Below are positions 61,267-64,000 of a stretch of 64,000 nucleotides of DNA, piece after piece. A program made the translations under genes and the position numbers. The notes beneath the pieces were generated by a model. It searched no databases and was not told where the DNA came from. It saw only the letters and a list, made by a program, of their open reading frames with translations. The stretch comes from an uncultured Acidobacteriota bacterium (GTDB lineage: Bacteria; Acidobacteriota; Thermoanaerobaculia; Gp7-AA8). The stretch is taken from the NCBI GenBank assembly GCA_963822445.1, contig CAWGHO010000003.1, forward strand, positions 832,001 through 896,000, written 5' to 3'. Position 1 is the first letter of the stretch. Each line of letters opens with the position of its first letter.

Positions 61267-61884
61267 CTACGGCTTCGAGTAAAACGGCCGCTTGTATTTC
61301 GCGAGCAGGTCTTCGACGCGTTTCATCCAGTAGCCGCCGAATGGGGAGGGGGAGACGGTGTAGCCGGGTGGGGGGTAGGGGACGCAGGCGCCGGACTCGC
61401 CCCATTGGGAGTGGAAGACCGTGGCGCCGGGGCTGACGCGCGAGGGCAGGGGATCGGTGACCCACAGCCAGGCGTTGGTCGGGGCGAAGTGCGCGCCGAC
61501 GGGCAGGACCATCGCGTAGCGCTTCATCAGCGGCGGCCAGTGCAGCATCGCGAACATCGACGTGCCGCTGCAGTCGGGTGTGGTGAAGAGAGCCACGCTC
61601 CCGCCGGGTTGCTGCAGACCCTGAATCGTTTCCGGCGAGACCAGCAGCGCGACTTCGTCGCCGCCTTTCAGCTTGTAGCGGACGATCGCCGACAGGGGCA
61701 CGGTCGGGAAGCGGTCGTCCCAGCGGATCAGATCGCCCACCAGGGTGTCGTTCGCGTCGTAGATCTTCGTGGTGCAGCAGCGATCGCGTTCGAGACCGGG
61801 CGGTTGCACTTTCGTCGTCGGACGTTGGGCGAATGCGGAAAGGGAGATGAGGACCAGGGACAGGACCAGGGCGATGCGTCGCAT
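61267..61884 (-). CDS. Hypothetical secreted protein
   Basis: GAGGAGGAG RBS; signal peptide ending AFA-Q; four Cys. Confidence 0.75.
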   Translation of the reverse strand: MRRIALVLSLVLISLSAFAQRPTTKVQPPGLERDRCCTTKIYDANDTLVGDLIRWDDRFPTVPLSAIVRYKLKGGDEVALLVSPETIQGLQQPGGSVALFTTPDCSGTSMFAMLHWPPLMKRYAMVLPVGAHFAPTNAWLWVTDPLPSRVSPGATVFHSQWGESGACVPYPPPGYTVSPSPFGGYWMKRVEDLLAKYKRPFYSKP

Positions 61885-61902
61885 GCGACTCCTCCTCCTC
61901 GT

Positions 61903-62259
61903 TTACTGTGCCGGTGCCGGCTCGGCCAGCGAATCACGAATCCGTTTGTCCCACGACGTGGACTGAATCTCCTGAACCTTTCCACCGACGAAGACGACCA
62001 GCGAATCCATCTTGCGGACGTAGTCGGTGACGTAGCTCCACTCCTCGATCGACACGCCGTCGAAGCGAAGCCGCGCCGCGCGCCGCTCGGGCGGTCCCAT
62101 CAGCCGCTCCACCTCGACCAGGGTCTGGCCGAGGCGGATCTTGTTGATGGCGGCGCGATTCTTTTCCGCGAGCTTGAAGGCGTGCCGTTCGACGTTCACG
62201 CCGCTGCTGCAGCCGGCGAGGACGATCACGGCGATGGCAATGACTTTCTTCAGAACCAT
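61903..62259 (-). CDS. Lipoprotein, BamE/SmpA- or DUF3192-like
   Basis: Lipobox LAGC; I.KI.LG.T..EV...MG.P...E.W.Y...VF..GKV. Confidence 0.7.
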   Translation of the reverse strand: MVLKKVIAIAVIVLAGCSSGVNVERHAFKLAEKNRAAINKIRLGQTLVEVERLMGPPERRAARLRFDGVSIEEWSYVTDYVRKMDSLVVFVGGKVQEIQSTSWDKRIRDSLAEPAPAQ

Positions 62260-63446
62260 CCGTCTCCCGCGGGATTGACCAGGGCCCGGGCCAGACTCGC
62301 GTACATCGCTTTCCGCTGTTCGTTCCGATCGAGACCTCCGCGGACGACGACGTAGCGCATCGGCATTTCCGTCGGATGGAACTGCGAGTGATACGACAAC
62401 CAATCGGTGGTCTGTCCGACTTTGGCGTTCATGCCGGCGCCGAGGACGACGACGTAGACGGCGTTCGGGTCGACGTGCTGAATCGCGCCCGCTTCGACCT
62501 GAGCGAGCAGCGCGCGCTGCACGTCGAGATCGGTCACGTCGGGACCTGCGAGCGGCAACTGGCGCGAGCCGAAGCGGAAGCCGAAGCTGCGCACGCCGTA
62601 GCGATCGAGATCGCGAATCCGCTCATCGCGATCGATGCTGCGGGCCATGGCCATGATCGGAGCCATGTCGCCCCTGGCCCATTCGCCCGCGTACAGAACC
62701 TGGATCGACGGATCTTCGAGCACCGGTCCGCCATGAAAGAGGACGTCGCCGAGGGGATCGCCGCCGCGGTAGACGCGGACCAGGCCGCCGTCATCGTCGC
62801 GGACCATGTCGGCGGGCAACGCCACCTGCGGCTCGATCGCCTCCGTGGCTTCCGTCGCTTCGCTTTCCTCGCCTTCGACGGCCACGGACGTCGCCGCCGT
62901 GCCGAAGACGATGTCGAGCACCGGATGCACTTCGATTCCGTTCGGGGCCACGCCGGTCTGGCCGTGGATGTAGTCCCAGAAGCCGATGCCTTTGATCGTG
63001 ACCGGCGTGCTGGTGGTCTTGAAGCTCGTCGTCGCTGTGAAACGGGCGTCGAACTGATTGCGCGCGCGGGCGATGCCGGGGCCGAACGGGCTGCCGGCGC
63101 CGACGCAGTTCGTGGCCGGAAGCTCGATGATCATCGTCCGGCCGGAGCCGTCCTTGATGACCAGGTGATAGTCGGAGTCGTTTTCGCGAACGTACTTCGT
63201 CAGCGTGCCGCTGAGCCGGTACTGGGTGGTCTCGCGCGGCGAGACGCGCCCGTTCGAGGGCAGCGAGCTCGGTCTCGTGGACTGGTGAAAGTTGTAGATC
63301 GTGGAAGAGATGTAGCTACTGAGGTTGACCGATGGGGCGTTCGGATCGGTGCCGGTCTTGACCGACCAGCGCTCGACACCGCATGCAGCATGAAGCTCGG
63401 AGACAGCGAACAGCAACAGCGCCGTGACGGAGAGAACCACTCGCAT
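62250..63446 (-). CDS. Secreted two-domain protein (CGVERW OB-fold-like domain + Phi-1/EXORDIUM-like domain)
   Basis: GGAGG RBS; signal peptide; CG.ERW.VKT, E.DSDYHL, G.GFWD..HG, EVHPV; acidic linker; FHGGPVL, SYHS, NP..DGWF. Confidence 0.7.
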   Translation of the reverse strand: MRVVLSVTALLLFAVSELHAACGVERWSVKTGTDPNAPSVNLSSYISSTIYNFHQSTRPSSLPSNGRVSPRETTQYRLSGTLTKYVRENDSDYHLVIKDGSGRTMIIELPATNCVGAGSPFGPGIARARNQFDARFTATTSFKTTSTPVTIKGIGFWDYIHGQTGVAPNGIEVHPVLDIVFGTAATSVAVEGEESEATEATEAIEPQVALPADMVRDDDGGLVRVYRGGDPLGDVLFHGGPVLEDPSIQVLYAGEWARGDMAPIMAMARSIDRDERIRDLDRYGVRSFGFRFGSRQLPLAGPDVTDLDVQRALLAQVEAGAIQHVDPNAVYVVVLGAGMNAKVGQTTDWLSYHSQFHPTEMPMRYVVVRGGLDRNEQRKAMYASLARALVNPAGDGWF

Positions 63447-63483
63447 GAAGGCCTCCAACCGATCGTTTTTTTGTGTTGTCGGA

Positions 63484-63999
63484 TCAGTGTAGCTTGTTGC
63501 GGCTCTCGAACAATCGCCTTCCCGCGACGATGGAGTCGTTCGGCAGCGGAACGGGCTCGCCGATGCGCAACGCTTCGAGGTAGATCCGCGCGCCCGCTTC
63601 CATGGCCACGGCGAGATGCAACGCATGCTCGAGATCGCGGCCGACGCAGACGTTGCCGTGGTTGGCGAGAATCACCGCCGTTCGATCGCCCAACGTGCGG
63701 ATGACGTTCGTCCCCACAGCCTCGGTGCCGGTGAACGCGTACTCGGCCACTTCGATCTGGCCGCCGAAGAAGACCATCATCTCGTCGAGGATCGGCGGCA
63801 ACGGTCTGCGCAGAACGGACAGCGCCGTGACACAAGGCGAGTGCGTATGCACGACCGCCCCAACCTCGGGATGCGACCGGTAAACCGCGAGGTGCAGCGG
63901 CAACTCGTAGGACGGCTCGCGATTCGATTCGACGGCCTCGCCGGTATGCAGATCGACGAGGACCACGTCATCGGGAACGAGCCCGTCGTATTGAACGGT
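63484..63999 (-). CDS. Class II aldolase/adducin family protein (5' end outside window)
   Basis: PS.EL.LH...Y, VVHTHS, L.NHG zinc-binding motifs. Confidence 0.9.
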   Translation of the reverse strand, partial: TVQYDGLVPDDVVLVDLHTGEAVESNREPSYELPLHLAVYRSHPEVGAVVHTHSPCVTALSVLRRPLPPILDEMMVFFGGQIEVAEYAFTGTEAVGTNVIRTLGDRTAVILANHGNVCVGRDLEHALHLAVAMEAGARIYLEALRIGEPVPLPNDSIVAGRRLFESRNKLH

Positions 64000-64000
64000 G

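Noticed and set aside
60984-61282. Small ORFs in the 60.8-61.3 kb gap
   Set aside because: No RBS, motif or typical codon bias.
61343-61381. G-quadruplex-like run of five G tracts
   Set aside because: Explained by Pro codons (PYPPPG...SPSP) of the minus-strand gene; there is no independent support.

Overview
A high-GC (visually about 65%), gene-dense bacterial window of about 60 CDS. Gene content (Ser/Thr kinase-TolB propeller, M14 peptidase, HYR and carboxypeptidase-regulatory repeat proteins, DUF4388) suggests Acidobacteriota, probably Thermoanaerobaculia-like; this is an inference. It holds housekeeping genes (carA, rsmD-phoH-ybeY, a tRNA nucleotidyltransferase, lysS-pheS-pheT), two toxin-antitoxin pairs, envelope glycosylation and export genes, and many intergenic repeats. 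No rRNA, tRNA, CRISPR array or transposase was recognised. The most notable region is a tRNA-centred locus at 47.3-55.8 kb. On the plus strand it has a cysteine-desulfurase-like gene, a membrane-anchored rhodanese whose active-site loop reads Y-C-T-[TGA]-P-N-E and is followed by a SECIS-like hairpin (candidate selenoprotein that the ORF track truncates), archease and RtcB. Transcribed divergently are lysS and a PheRS whose alpha subunit departs from consensus at several active-site positions. Other signals: a GNAT/PLP-aminotransferase fusion, inverted 7-/8-mer tandem arrays with a shared architecture, widespread leaderless starts, G/T-skewed gene 3' ends, and clustered +1 insertions that look like sequencing error.
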